A DNA stretch of 64,000 nucleotides from an uncultured Pseudomonadota bacterium. Its GTDB lineage: Bacteria > Myxococcota_A > UBA796 > SXON01. The position numbers and the translations under genes were made by a program. Positions 37,083 through 46,118 of this stretch are shown piece by piece (position 1 is the first letter of the stretch; the number at the start of each line of letters is the position of its first letter). The DNA lies in NCBI GenBank assembly GCA_903891165.1, contig CAITDR010000289.1, forward strand, positions 2,278-66,277, in the 5' to 3' direction. The notes beneath the pieces are model-generated. The model saw nothing but the letters and a program-made list of their open reading frames with translations. It did not search any database and was not told the DNA's origin.

Positions 37083-38246
37083 TCAGCGTTCTGGAGGAGG
37101 AAGCAGGCGCCCGCCGACCCAGATCGCCAGGGCCAGACCGGGGAGGGAGAGCAAAAAGGTAAGGAAGAACCAGCCGGTATAGCCCCACTGCTCCACAGCC
37201 GAGCCGGAGAGCGCTCCTGCGAGGCTGCGTGTGAAGCCGACGATAGCGGTCAGGATTGCGAAGCGGGTGGCGGCCTGTGTGCCTCGCGCCGCCAGGGCGA
37301 AGCTGCCCAACAAGGCCGCTGTGCCCAGCCCGCCTGAAAAACTCTCCACCACCGATGCGGTGTAGATCGCAGGCACCCCACCGCCCAACGCCGCCAGGGC
37401 ATAGCCCAGATTTGATACCGCCTGTGCCAGCCCCAACAGCAGGATGCCCAGACGAGGCCCCATCCGGCTCATCAGGTCTCCCCCCGAGATCGCACCGATC
37501 ACCGTCAGCAATGCCCCAAAAGTAGTCGAAAATACAGCAGTCTCGGTGACGGTCATGCCGTAGTCCAGCCAGAAGGTCTTGACCATGGGGGCCATCGCCG
37601 CATCGCCGAGCTTAAAGAACAGGGCCATCGCGAATAAGCCCCATGCGGCGGGCTCGGTGGCCCAGCTCCCCAGGGCGCGAAACCAGTCCTGCAGCGGCTC
37701 CCGTTCGGGCACTCCGCCACGCAGGCTGCAGCGGGCCTGCCCCACCATCAACAGCGCCTGTACCCCCGCCATGGTCACAAAGGCCATTGGCCAACCCAGC
37801 TTTTCTCCCATCACCGCTGCCGCACCGCCGGTCAGTGCCATCGCCGCCCGGTAGGCCGCCACCCGCAGGCCGTTGGCCCGTGCCACCTCCTCCGCGGGCA
37901 GTGCCGTCGCAATCGTACCGTCGATCGCGATGTCCTGAGTTGCACTGCCGATGGCGATACCTAACAAAATTCCCATCAGGAGGCGGGAGTGTACGGGTAC
38001 CCAGGGCACCATCAGGCTGCCCAGGGTACAAAGCGCCAACCCTAGGATCATCCAGCCCTTTAGCGTACCCACCCGGTCCACCAGCGGCGCCCAGAGCGCC
38101 TTGAGGCTCCAGGGCAGCCCGATCAGGCTGGCCAATCCGATGGCCTCCAGGCCCAGGCCCTCACTGCGCAAATAGAGAGGAAGTAGCTCCTGGATCATCC
38201 CAAAGGGGAAACCCGAGGCGAAGGCCAGGAGCAGCACCCAGCTCAT
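37083..38246 (-). CDS. MFS transporter, AmpG-like
   Basis: 12-TM pattern. The N-terminal LAFASGFPFGMIQELLPLYLRSEGLGLEAIGLASLIGLPWSLKALWAPLVDR resembles the AmpG/acetyl-CoA-transporter family signature. Confidence 0.7.
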   Translation of the reverse strand: MSWVLLLAFASGFPFGMIQELLPLYLRSEGLGLEAIGLASLIGLPWSLKALWAPLVDRVGTLKGWMILGLALCTLGSLMVPWVPVHSRLLMGILLGIAIGSATQDIAIDGTIATALPAEEVARANGLRVAAYRAAMALTGGAAAVMGEKLGWPMAFVTMAGVQALLMVGQARCSLRGGVPEREPLQDWFRALGSWATEPAAWGLFAMALFFKLGDAAMAPMVKTFWLDYGMTVTETAVFSTTFGALLTVIGAISGGDLMSRMGPRLGILLLGLAQAVSNLGYALAALGGGVPAIYTASVVESFSGGLGTAALLGSFALAARGTQAATRFAILTAIVGFTRSLAGALSGSAVEQWGYTGWFFLTFLLSLPGLALAIWVGGRLLPPPER

Positions 38247-38265
38247 CCGCGTGGCACCACGCGAC

Positions 38266-38973
38266 TCAGGCAGGATACACCTCGATCAAGCGCCCAAAGG
38301 CACGGGGCAGAGGCATGTTTTCCGTTCGGGTCTGCAACAGGCCGTCAAGGCTCTGAAAAGGTGCATCCTTCCATGTGAGTGCCGCGATCCGTAGTAGCCG
38401 GAGGCCGTTGTTCAGGCGCTGCTTGGGGGGCAGGCGGAGCCAGAATTCGGGGAAGTCGGGCTGGTCCGAGAGACCCTCGGTGCAGAGGATCGTGCCGCTC
38501 AACTCTTCGCGCAGGCGCAGCTCGGCGGGAAGATCAAGGTCGGAGGGGAGAAAAACCAGGCGCTTGTCCTCTACACCGAAGTGAAGATCCAGAAAAGCCC
38601 GTCGGTATAGGCGCTGATGTTCGGCGTCGGCCTGGGGATCAGGCCAGGGGCCGGCCCAGCCCAAGGCAGCGGCCACACAGAGTCCATGGGCCTGGGCGCG
38701 GCGGGGAGGGATGGCCCGTTCTCCAAGAATCATGCTTATTTTTTGAGCAGGTACTTGACCTGTCAAGAGATTTTCCAGGTCCCCCGGGGCCAGCGTCAGG
38801 GTGGCATCTACCGGCCCGTCGATGCTCTCTTTCACCCCGGGAAGGCCCTCTTTTCCGTAGAGCAGCCAGTTGCGCTCTGCCGACAGGCCCACCCGCCAGT
38901 CTCCTTGGAGTGGGGCCGCATAGGGGCTCTGGTGCAGGCGGCGCAGCAGCCGTAATGTCAGCGGTTCGGGCAT
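38266..38973 (-). CDS. Hypothetical protein (235 aa)
   Basis: ATG start and coding-like GC3. The N-terminal stretch (DATLTLAPGDLENLLTGQV) is faintly SCP2-like. No confident assignment. Confidence 0.5.
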   Translation of the reverse strand: MPEPLTLRLLRRLHQSPYAAPLQGDWRVGLSAERNWLLYGKEGLPGVKESIDGPVDATLTLAPGDLENLLTGQVPAQKISMILGERAIPPRRAQAHGLCVAAALGWAGPWPDPQADAEHQRLYRRAFLDLHFGVEDKRLVFLPSDLDLPAELRLREELSGTILCTEGLSDQPDFPEFWLRLPPKQRLNNGLRLLRIAALTWKDAPFQSLDGLLQTRTENMPLPRAFGRLIEVYPA

Positions 38974-38993
38974 TCTTTTGGGAAGCTAACGTC

Positions 38994-39860
38994 TCAGGGG
39001 GCGGGCGGGAGGAGGGCATGGTCCACGTGCCGCTCCAGCATCGGGCTGCCGATGGCCTCCAACAGGTCAAAAATGGCGTTGGGCGCGGGCGAAGGACGGG
39101 GAGAGGCACCCCGCAGACCGGCCTCGATGGGCAGCACCTGGGCATCGATCAGGCGTGGACCCTCCAGTCGTACCCGTAGGATCAAGGAGTCTTTTTCGGC
39201 CGTGCAGTCGCAGGCCATGGCCAGGTTGCCCAGACCCCAGGCCACCACACTGTTGCCACGCCGCTCCACGGGTCCGGCCATATGGCTGCCGTGGGCCACA
39301 ATCACCTGAGCTTCGGCTGCGAGTGCGGTTTGGACCGCTGCACTCAGGGCCGGGTCGGGCAGGTAGGAGGGAGGTCCGCTGGTGTGAAAAGCGACGACCA
39401 CTACTTCTGCCTGCGTACGGAGGTCCCTCAGCTGTGTCTCCAGGTCAAAGGGTAGGCCGGCTTCCAGATCCCAGGCGGAGAGCACGACGTTTTTGTACCT
39501 CCCAACGCCCAGAGGTCCGGCCGCCTGCACCCCGGCTGCCTCAAGTGCAGCGACCGTCTGGGCGGGGCTGCCGCCGTCATTGGCGTGGTTGTTGGCGGTG
39601 CTGACGATCCGGATGCCTGCGGGGGCCAGAAGATCGAGGGAGGAGGCGGCGTTCAGCAGACGGGGGTGCAGCGGGTCCGGGGCGGGGCTGTGCGGGACAT
39701 CGGCGACGGCCCCCTCCAGGTTTACGATGCCCATGGCCCCCTCTGTGAGGGGCAACAGCGGAGAGAGGAGGTCAGTAGCCGGTTTTTCGCCCAGGTGCAG
39801 GTCGCCCGCCAACCAGAGCTCGGTGGGAGCAGGTGGGCAGCTCAACAGCAGCAGGATCAC
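38994..39860 (-). CDS. CapA-family (PGA_cap) metallophosphoesterase-like protein with a minimal lipobox leader
   Basis: GTG start with a GTGA overlap on the HD gene stop. Leader is MILLLLSC. Motifs: GDLHLGE, VNLEGAV, VSTANNHANDGG, VVVAFHTSG, VIVAHGSHMAGPVE. Confidence 0.75.
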   Translation of the reverse strand: MILLLLSCPPAPTELWLAGDLHLGEKPATDLLSPLLPLTEGAMGIVNLEGAVADVPHSPAPDPLHPRLLNAASSLDLLAPAGIRIVSTANNHANDGGSPAQTVAALEAAGVQAAGPLGVGRYKNVVLSAWDLEAGLPFDLETQLRDLRTQAEVVVVAFHTSGPPSYLPDPALSAAVQTALAAEAQVIVAHGSHMAGPVERRGNSVVAWGLGNLAMACDCTAEKDSLILRVRLEGPRLIDAQVLPIEAGLRGASPRPSPAPNAIFDLLEAIGSPMLERHVDHALLPPAP

Positions 39861-40324
39861 AGCAAGCTCAAGGCAGCCCGCGCCGAGGGCAGAAACTCCG
39901 AAGTATCCGCCTGAGCCGCGTAGGATTCGGCGGTCAGGCCCAGATCCAGCAGGTCCATCTCCTTCACAAAGAGCGCCTCGGCACTCTGGCGCTGCTCCGC
40001 CTCTTGCCAGATCGATAGAAGTTCAGGGTGGTCGCCTAAAAGATGCCGGATCGCCTCCTCCTCCCGCCGCCTCTTCTCCTCCTTGGACACCCCGTCATAG
40101 GGGGTGATATCCCCCACCGTCGCCTCCGCAAGATCGTGGAGAAGGGCCATGATCAGCACTTTTTCCCGGTCCAACCCAGGGGGACAACGTAGGAGGGCCG
40201 CAAAAGTGACTCCCCAGCTATGGGCGGCCACCGACTCGGGCCGCTCGATACCCACCCGCTTCCAACCTGCCCGATCCAGCCCTTTTAAAGCGAGGGCTGC
40301 CTGTAGCAAGGTCCGATCGGTCAC
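39857..40324 (-). CDS. HD-domain phosphohydrolase (YfbR-like)
   Basis: ESVAAHSWGVTFAAL...ALLHDLAEATVGDITPYD gives the H...HD...D metal motif. 4-nt overlaps at both ends. Confidence 0.8.
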   Translation of the reverse strand: MTDRTLLQAALALKGLDRAGWKRVGIERPESVAAHSWGVTFAALLRCPPGLDREKVLIMALLHDLAEATVGDITPYDGVSKEEKRRREEEAIRHLLGDHPELLSIWQEAEQRQSAEALFVKEMDLLDLGLTAESYAAQADTSEFLPSARAALSLL

Positions 40325-41322
40325 GACGTCAACAGGGCACGCTGCTCCGGCCGGGCCATGCTGATCAGGAAGGGGCGCTCTTTTTGTAAAGTCTGGAAGT
40401 CGGCACGGCTGCGAATTCCCCCCCAGCCCTCGGCGATCAGCACCTGCGCGATAGCGCCGCCCAGGTTGCCGCCGGGCCCCAGAAGGACCAGGTGATCGGG
40501 CGCATATTCCCGCAGCGCAACCCTGAGACTGAGGGTGAAGTCATAGGGTGCAACCACCTGATATCCCATGGTATAGTCGGCCAGCCCCCGGAGGTCGGTG
40601 TGGCGGGGACGCCAGATCTGGCCGCGTCCGTCCACCAGCGGAAATTGGGGCGCCTGGTAGGGCAGGTCGGCCAGCTCGGCCTGTGCACGCTGCGCGGTGG
40701 CGGCCATCAGCGGGGTGTGGAAGGCGGAGTGCAGGGGGAGGAGGAAGGGGGCATCCCGGTCCCCGATTTTTTTAGCAGGTAGGCGGCGTTGAGCCTCAGC
40801 CAACGCGGCTTCGGTGCCGCCGAGCACCGCCTGGCCGCCCAGGAGGATACTTTTGTAAAGTCCGGGGATAGTTTGAAGGCAGGCGTCCAGCTCAGGAGCA
40901 GGATCCGGGCGCCAGTCCTCGTCCATCCGCGGATAGACCAGCTGGCCGCCGATGACATTGTTGGCCTGATAGCTGCCCAAGGTCTCGATCAGGCGCAGGC
41001 CGGCCTGGAGCGGTAGCGCACCGGCCACGGTCAGCGCGGTGTACCAGCCCATCGAATTGCCGACCACAGCGGCCACTTCCACACTTCCAAGCTGGTCACG
41101 GTCGGCCAGCGAACAAGCCGCGGTCAGGATGGAGGCGTTCTCTCCGGCTACATGCAGGCGCGACTGGTAGGCGGGCGCACGATCCAGCTCCGAGGGCCCC
41201 GGGCGCCCCAAAGACGCGCGAAAAGCATCGGCGGCGGCCACCGAGGGGGTCTGGGCCAGCGTCGCAAGGCACTCCCGCGTATACGAACCTCGACCCGGGC
41301 AGATCAGGATGACACGCTTCAT
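40321..41322 (-). CDS. FabD-like acyltransferase (malonyl-CoA:ACP transacylase superfamily), divergent
   Basis: ICPGRGS, the nucleophile elbow VVGNSMGWYTAL (GxSxG) and LPLHSAFHTPLM (FabD His motif). 333 aa. Confidence 0.7.
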   Translation of the reverse strand: MKRVILICPGRGSYTRECLATLAQTPSVAAADAFRASLGRPGPSELDRAPAYQSRLHVAGENASILTAACSLADRDQLGSVEVAAVVGNSMGWYTALTVAGALPLQAGLRLIETLGSYQANNVIGGQLVYPRMDEDWRPDPAPELDACLQTIPGLYKSILLGGQAVLGGTEAALAEAQRRLPAKKIGDRDAPFLLPLHSAFHTPLMAATAQRAQAELADLPYQAPQFPLVDGRGQIWRPRHTDLRGLADYTMGYQVVAPYDFTLSLRVALREYAPDHLVLLGPGGNLGGAIAQVLIAEGWGGIRSRADFQTLQKERPFLISMARPEQRALLTS

Positions 41323-43565
41323 TTTTCCCCCTTCATCAGCCGCAGCGCGGCTGCACGCACATCCTCTTCCTGCACCAGCACCAGATTGGCCGCGGCTCCC
41401 AGCGGGATGTAGACATCCTCGCCTGCAACCCGCGCCATTTCAGCTTTGACGCCCGCATCCACCAGGGCCGTGTACACGGCTTCGCTCATGCCGCCGGTGC
41501 GTCGGCACTCATCCACCACCAGCACCCTGCCGGTTGCCTGCACCGCATCGACAATATCCTGGGTTGGAAGCGGGTTCAACCAGCGCAGATCCAGCACCCG
41601 GCAGCGGATTCCGTGCTCCTTTTCCAGCCAGCGGGCGGCGCGCAGGCTCATCCACAGGCCATTGGCCCAGCTGATCAGCGTCAGATCGGTCCCATCGCCA
41701 TAGAGGCGGCCCTTGCCAAGGGGAATATACTCTTCCGGCGCGGGATAGTTTGCAGCCCATTCGCCATCCCCGTCCGCGTAGAGATCGCGGGTCATGTACA
41801 GCGCGATGGGCTCGATGATCATCGACACCCGCCCATCCACCTTGGCCGCGGCCACGCAGGTGCGGAGCATACGCACCGCATCGTCGGGGCGACCGGGTGA
41901 AGCCAGGATCAAGCCGGGAATATCACGGAGTGCGGCGACGGAATTGTCGTTGTGGAAGTGCCCGCCAAAACCCTTCTGGTAGGCCAGACCCTGCACCCGC
42001 ACCACCATGGGGTTGCGGAACTGATCGTTGGAGAAATACTGGAGAGAGCAGGCTTCTCCGCGGATCTGATCGCAGGCATTGTGGAAGTAGGCGAGGTACT
42101 GGATCTCGGGCAGGGGGAGCTGTCCGGCCTGGGCGGCGCCGATGGCCAGCCCCAGGATGGTCTGCTCGTCCAGGAGTGTGTCAAAAACCCGCTCCGCGCC
42201 AAACTTTTTCTGGAGGTCGGCGGTGACATGGTAGACGCCGCCCTTCTTGGCGGTGTCCTCCCCAAAGATCAAGGATTCCGGGTACTTGAGGAGCAGATCG
42301 GTGAGCGCCCGGTTGATCTGGACGGCAAGGTGGCGTGGGCGGTCCTCTTCCGGCAGGCTACCGTGGAGAGCTTTCCGACGATCAGCGTCGGGAGGGCGTG
42401 CGCACTCGGCGGCAATGGCGTCGGGATGCAGAGGTGCAAGGGGAGCGATGACCTCGGCGGCGGTGCTGAGGCGGGGGCGACGGATGGCTTCTTCGCCCAG
42501 GGCGGTGACCCGCTGGCGGATCTCCTCGTACAAGCTGTTTACTTCCTCGGGAAGCATCCAGCCGTTCTCTATCAGGAGCGCCGCACTGGTCAGAAGCGGA
42601 TCCATCGCCTCCATCGCCGCGATCTCTTCGGGGCTGCGGTAGGTCAGCTCCACATCCGAGCCGGCGTGGCCCATCAGCCGCACCGTGCGCAGATGTAGCA
42701 GGCAGGGCCGCCGGTATTGACGTGTCCAGAGTACGGCAGCTTGGGCGGCATCCCAGGCATCGGCCAGATCCAGGCCATCCCCGTAGACATAGCCCAGGTT
42801 GGAGGCAGATCCCCAGGTGGTCTGCACCCAGGCATTCGGCGTGGGAACGGAGATGCCGATGCCGTTGTCCTCGCAGACAAAAAGGACGGGGCAAGGCCGA
42901 TCTTGATGCGCAAACCAACGTGCTGTATTCAGGGCGCCCTGAGCGGTGGAGTGGTTGAGCGAGGCGTCGCCAAAGGTGCAGAGCACGATACGGTCATCTT
43001 CGGCAGGGGCAAGGCCCAGCTTTTTGGCACGCTCGATGGCCACCGCCATGCCCAGTGCTTTGGGCAGGTGGGAGGCAATGGTGGAGGTCTGCGGCGGGAT
43101 CTGGAGGGGGAGGCTGCCAAAAACCTTGTGGCGGCCACCGGCGATGGGCTCTTCTTTGGAGGCGGTCAAGCCCAAGAGCACATCCATAATCGGCGTAGAA
43201 CCTGGAACCTGCCGCGCCCGGGCATTGAAGAAGGCGCCGGAGCGGTAGTGCAGGAAGGCGGGATCGTCGGGACGCGCTGATGCTGCAACGGCAGCATTTC
43301 CCTCATGCCCGGAAGATCCGATGGTGTAAAAACACTGGTCACGCGCCTTTAACGCGCGGGCGACCAGATCCAGGTGGCGACTCTCCAGTTGGCTCTCCAA
43401 GAGCGCCAGGGCTTGTCGAGCCGACAGCGAGGTGCCCGGCCGGACCGGATTTTCCCGGTCGGCACGAGGTGCGGGGGGAGGGGAGGAAAGAGAGGCTCCA
43501 AAGCGGAGTTTCTCTACTTTCTCCACAAAGTTCCGATCGACGATACCAGCGCGGTTGACGGCCAT
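41319..43565 (-). CDS. Fused alpha/beta E1 component of a 2-oxoacid (branched-chain-type) dehydrogenase, TPP-dependent, 748 aa
   Basis: The alpha-like half has GSSGHEGNAAV, TFGDASLNHSTAQGALN and VLFVCEDNGIGISVP. The beta-like half has ...IFGEDTAKKGGVYHVT...FDTLLDEQTILGLAIGAA...VRVQGLAY. No E2 or E3 gene is in the window. Confidence 0.8.
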   Translation of the reverse strand: MAVNRAGIVDRNFVEKVEKLRFGASLSSPPPAPRADRENPVRPGTSLSARQALALLESQLESRHLDLVARALKARDQCFYTIGSSGHEGNAAVAASARPDDPAFLHYRSGAFFNARARQVPGSTPIMDVLLGLTASKEEPIAGGRHKVFGSLPLQIPPQTSTIASHLPKALGMAVAIERAKKLGLAPAEDDRIVLCTFGDASLNHSTAQGALNTARWFAHQDRPCPVLFVCEDNGIGISVPTPNAWVQTTWGSASNLGYVYGDGLDLADAWDAAQAAVLWTRQYRRPCLLHLRTVRLMGHAGSDVELTYRSPEEIAAMEAMDPLLTSAALLIENGWMLPEEVNSLYEEIRQRVTALGEEAIRRPRLSTAAEVIAPLAPLHPDAIAAECARPPDADRRKALHGSLPEEDRPRHLAVQINRALTDLLLKYPESLIFGEDTAKKGGVYHVTADLQKKFGAERVFDTLLDEQTILGLAIGAAQAGQLPLPEIQYLAYFHNACDQIRGEACSLQYFSNDQFRNPMVVRVQGLAYQKGFGGHFHNDNSVAALRDIPGLILASPGRPDDAVRMLRTCVAAAKVDGRVSMIIEPIALYMTRDLYADGDGEWAANYPAPEEYIPLGKGRLYGDGTDLTLISWANGLWMSLRAARWLEKEHGIRCRVLDLRWLNPLPTQDIVDAVQATGRVLVVDECRRTGGMSEAVYTALVDAGVKAEMARVAGEDVYIPLGAAANLVLVQEEDVRAAALRLMKGEK

Positions 43566-43611
43566 AGGATTCCCGTCGCCGCGCTTAACCGGTGGCCGGG
43601 CTTTGCGGCGC

Positions 43612-44949
43612 TCAGATCCGTTCCACCCGCATTTTCATCCCTTTAATCCTACCATCTTCCAGGCCGCGCTGAGCCTTCCCCACCACCGCATGGGCCACGG
43701 CGAGGTAGGTCACCCGCTCCTGCACCTCGATCTTGCCCACGTCGCTCGACGGCAGGCCGCCCGCCTCGCCGGTGAGCGCCCCCAATACGTCGCCGGGTCG
43801 CAATTTATCCCGTCGTCCCGCCGAAATTTTCAGGCAGGCCCAGCGTGGGAGTGCCCCCTGGTGAAGGGCGGGCAGCAGGCCCAGGTCCAGCTTGGGCAGC
43901 TCCATCCCCGCGAGGCGATTGAGTTTTCCGCCGCGTCCACCTGCGGAAATTGCCAGACCCGGCTGCCCGGCGCGCCCGGTGCGGCCGATCCGGTGCAGGT
44001 AGAGATCGGGGGAGTGGGGCAGCTCCAGGTTCACCACCAGCTCCAGCCCGCTGATGTCCAGTCCCCGTGCCGCCACATCCGTCGCCACCAGGATACGGGC
44101 GACGCTGCTCCGAAAGCGAGCCAGTTCCTGGTCTCTCACCCACTGCTCCATGTCGCCCTGGAGGCAGCCCACCGGCAGACCCGCCTGGGCCAGCTCCTCT
44201 GCGAGTGCGGAGGCACTGGCCTTGAAGTTGCAGAAGATCAGGGCGGAGGCCGGGTTCAGGTGCAGGAGCAGGGGAATCAGCCCGATGGCGGCGGGATCCC
44301 AGGCCCAGGCCTGGATCTCCGGGGGCGGCTCGGGCGCCACCACACGCACCGGGGTGTTCAGGATGGTCTCGGACAGCCGCTCAATGTCGGGCGGAAAGGT
44401 GGCCGAAAACAGCGCGGTCTGGCGGGGGGAGGGGAGCTGCTCCAGGATCTTGCGCAGGTCTTCGGCAAAACCCATCTCCAGCATCCGATCCGCCTCGTCG
44501 AGCACCAGCACCTTGAGCATTCTCAGCGGCACGTTGTTGCGATCCAGGTGGTCCAACAAACGCCCTGGGGTGGCGACGAGGATGTGGGCCCCCTCTTCCA
44601 GGGCGCGGGTCTGGCCGAAGATGGGCTCTCCTCCGGCCAGGGGCAGGACCCTGAGGCCCGGAAAAGAACGTCCTACCTTGCGGATCTCGCGGGTAACCTG
44701 AGCCACCAGCTCGCGGGTGGGACCCAGAATCAGCGCTTGTGGACTACGTCTTGACACGTCAAGATTTTGAAGCAAAGGCAGCGCAAAAGCGAGGGTTTTT
44801 CCGGATCCCGTACGTGCCTGGCCTACCAGGTCTTCGCCACGCAAAAGCACGGGCAGCGCCAGCTCCTGAATGGGGGTGGCTTCGGTAAAACCCAGCTCCG
44901 TACATACCTGCGTAAGAGCGGGAAGCAGGCCGAGGGAGGAGAAATTCAT
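43612..44949 (-). CDS. dbpA: DEAD-box ATP-dependent RNA helicase, DbpA type
   Basis: ATPIQ, ARTGSGKT, DEADRMLEMGF, SAT and HRIGRTGRAG motifs. The C-terminal DbpA RNA-binding domain reads ISAGRRDKLRPGDVLGALTGEAGGLPSSDVGKIEV. Confidence 0.85.
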   Translation of the reverse strand: MNFSSLGLLPALTQVCTELGFTEATPIQELALPVLLRGEDLVGQARTGSGKTLAFALPLLQNLDVSRRSPQALILGPTRELVAQVTREIRKVGRSFPGLRVLPLAGGEPIFGQTRALEEGAHILVATPGRLLDHLDRNNVPLRMLKVLVLDEADRMLEMGFAEDLRKILEQLPSPRQTALFSATFPPDIERLSETILNTPVRVVAPEPPPEIQAWAWDPAAIGLIPLLLHLNPASALIFCNFKASASALAEELAQAGLPVGCLQGDMEQWVRDQELARFRSSVARILVATDVAARGLDISGLELVVNLELPHSPDLYLHRIGRTGRAGQPGLAISAGGRGGKLNRLAGMELPKLDLGLLPALHQGALPRWACLKISAGRRDKLRPGDVLGALTGEAGGLPSSDVGKIEVQERVTYLAVAHAVVGKAQRGLEDGRIKGMKMRVERI

Positions 44950-44983
44950 CCCAGGCTCTAACCCGTCCGGGCGATTGTGCCCC

Positions 44984-45454
44984 CTAGGGCCCGCCGGGCA
45001 GCCAGCGCGGCGACATCGAAAAGAGCAGCCGTGCCGGGCGGGTCAGTGGCAATCGCTCCACCTCAAACAGCGCAAAACCAGCGCGCTCCAGGGGAAAAGC
45101 CGACATCGGTGCCCCTAGGAGCCGCGCCCCAAAGGCGCCGAGGGTGGGCTCGTGTCCTACCAGGAGGGGATCGGGATGATCGGCGGCGATCCACTGGAAT
45201 GCCTCCGGGTCCCCCATCGCCAGCACCTCCGTGCAGATTCGGGGTACCGTAGGGAAGCGGTGGGCAACCATCTCCGCGGTCTGGTCGGCGCGAACCAGGG
45301 GGGAAGAGAGGATAATGCCGGGTTTCCACGGAATTCGAACGAGGTGGTCCAGCAGACGATCCAGCTCGTAGCGCCCGCGCGGGGTCAGGCGGCGGTGGTA
45401 GTCGGTGGGGGCGCGATCTTCGGCGATCCCATGGCGGAGGAGGGCGACAAACAT
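44984..45454 (-). CDS. sixA: Phosphohistidine phosphatase SixA
   Basis: MFVALLRHGIAEDR...LTPRGR...SSPLVRADQTAE is the histidine-phosphatase RHG motif at SixA size (156 aa). Confidence 0.8.
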   Translation of the reverse strand: MFVALLRHGIAEDRAPTDYHRRLTPRGRYELDRLLDHLVRIPWKPGIILSSPLVRADQTAEMVAHRFPTVPRICTEVLAMGDPEAFQWIAADHPDPLLVGHEPTLGAFGARLLGAPMSAFPLERAGFALFEVERLPLTRPARLLFSMSPRWLPGGP

Positions 45455-45467
45455 AAAGAGCTCTATC

Positions 45468-46118
45468 TCAATTCGGTGGCCGGAGCACCACCCCAGCGGC
45501 CTTTGCGGCGTGGGCCACGGCGGTGATCAGGTTGTGATCATCGGCGTCGTCGGCCACTTTCCAGGCCGAAAATATTGCCTCGGCCCCTCCACCGACCCGC
45601 GCCAACGAAAGCCAGGCCAGGACCCGGCTGCGGGGACTGGCAGCTTCGGCCAGGGCACGCTGGGCGGCCTGTCGGGCAGGTTCCGGCTCCCCCAAGGCGG
45701 CCCAAGCAGAGGATTGACGCGTCAAGAGGTCAATCCGTTCCTCGGGGGTCTTGGAGGATAGTTCCTCTTCTGACATCCCCAGGAGCTTGCGATCGTCTTC
45801 GGCTTGACTGGCCGCCAGCTGCAGGGCGGCGAGGCTGCCGGCGATGCGGTTGTGCAGCTCCCGCAGGGCCGCGAGTCCGTCGGTATCGCCCCCCTGTTTG
45901 GCAAGGCGGATGGCGTCCAGCACGGCGGTGCGCGCCTCCTCCAGCCGGTTCCGGCTCATCAAGGCTTGTGCTTTCCAGGCGAATAACCGCGCGACCAACA
46001 GGGGGCGTTCCTGACGCAGGGCCGGGCTGTCCACCTGCTCCACCCCTGCCACCACCTCTTCTACATTCCCTTCCCGCAAGGCGGAAAAGACCAAGGCCGC
46101 CCCCTCGTCCGGGCTCAA
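45468..46118 (-). CDS. Hypothetical helical-repeat (TPR-like) protein
   Basis: TTG start in a TTGA overlap with the upstream gene stop; the true start is uncertain. Ala/Leu-rich helical repeats with no catalytic motif. Confidence 0.45.
   Translation of the reverse strand: MSPDEGAALVFSALREGNVEEVVAGVEQVDSPALRQERPLLVARLFAWKAQALMSRNRLEEARTAVLDAIRLAKQGGDTDGLAALRELHNRIAGSLAALQLAASQAEDDRKLLGMSEEELSSKTPEERIDLLTRQSSAWAALGEPEPARQAAQRALAEAASPRSRVLAWLSLARVGGGAEAIFSAWKVADDADDHNLITAVAHAAKAAGVVLRPPN

Noticed and set aside
43577-43610. The hairpin CGCCGC...GCGGCG (with an inner CCGG-TGG-CCGG) after dbpA, considered as a terminator.
   Set aside because: It has a large irregular loop and no U-tract on the minus strand. 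It lies only 46 nt from the next co-directional gene. Not convincing as an intrinsic terminator.
43432-44754. A 440-aa plus-strand ORF antisense to dbpA. Similar long antisense ORFs lie at 26838..27779 and 28188..29096 (opposite the PBP1A gene), 48586..49461 and 48785..49816 (opposite S1), and 31699..32625 (opposite cysC).
   Set aside because: All lie opposite genes with strong family motifs and have low-complexity Arg/Gly/Pro-rich translations. These are GC-driven absences of stop codons rather than genes.
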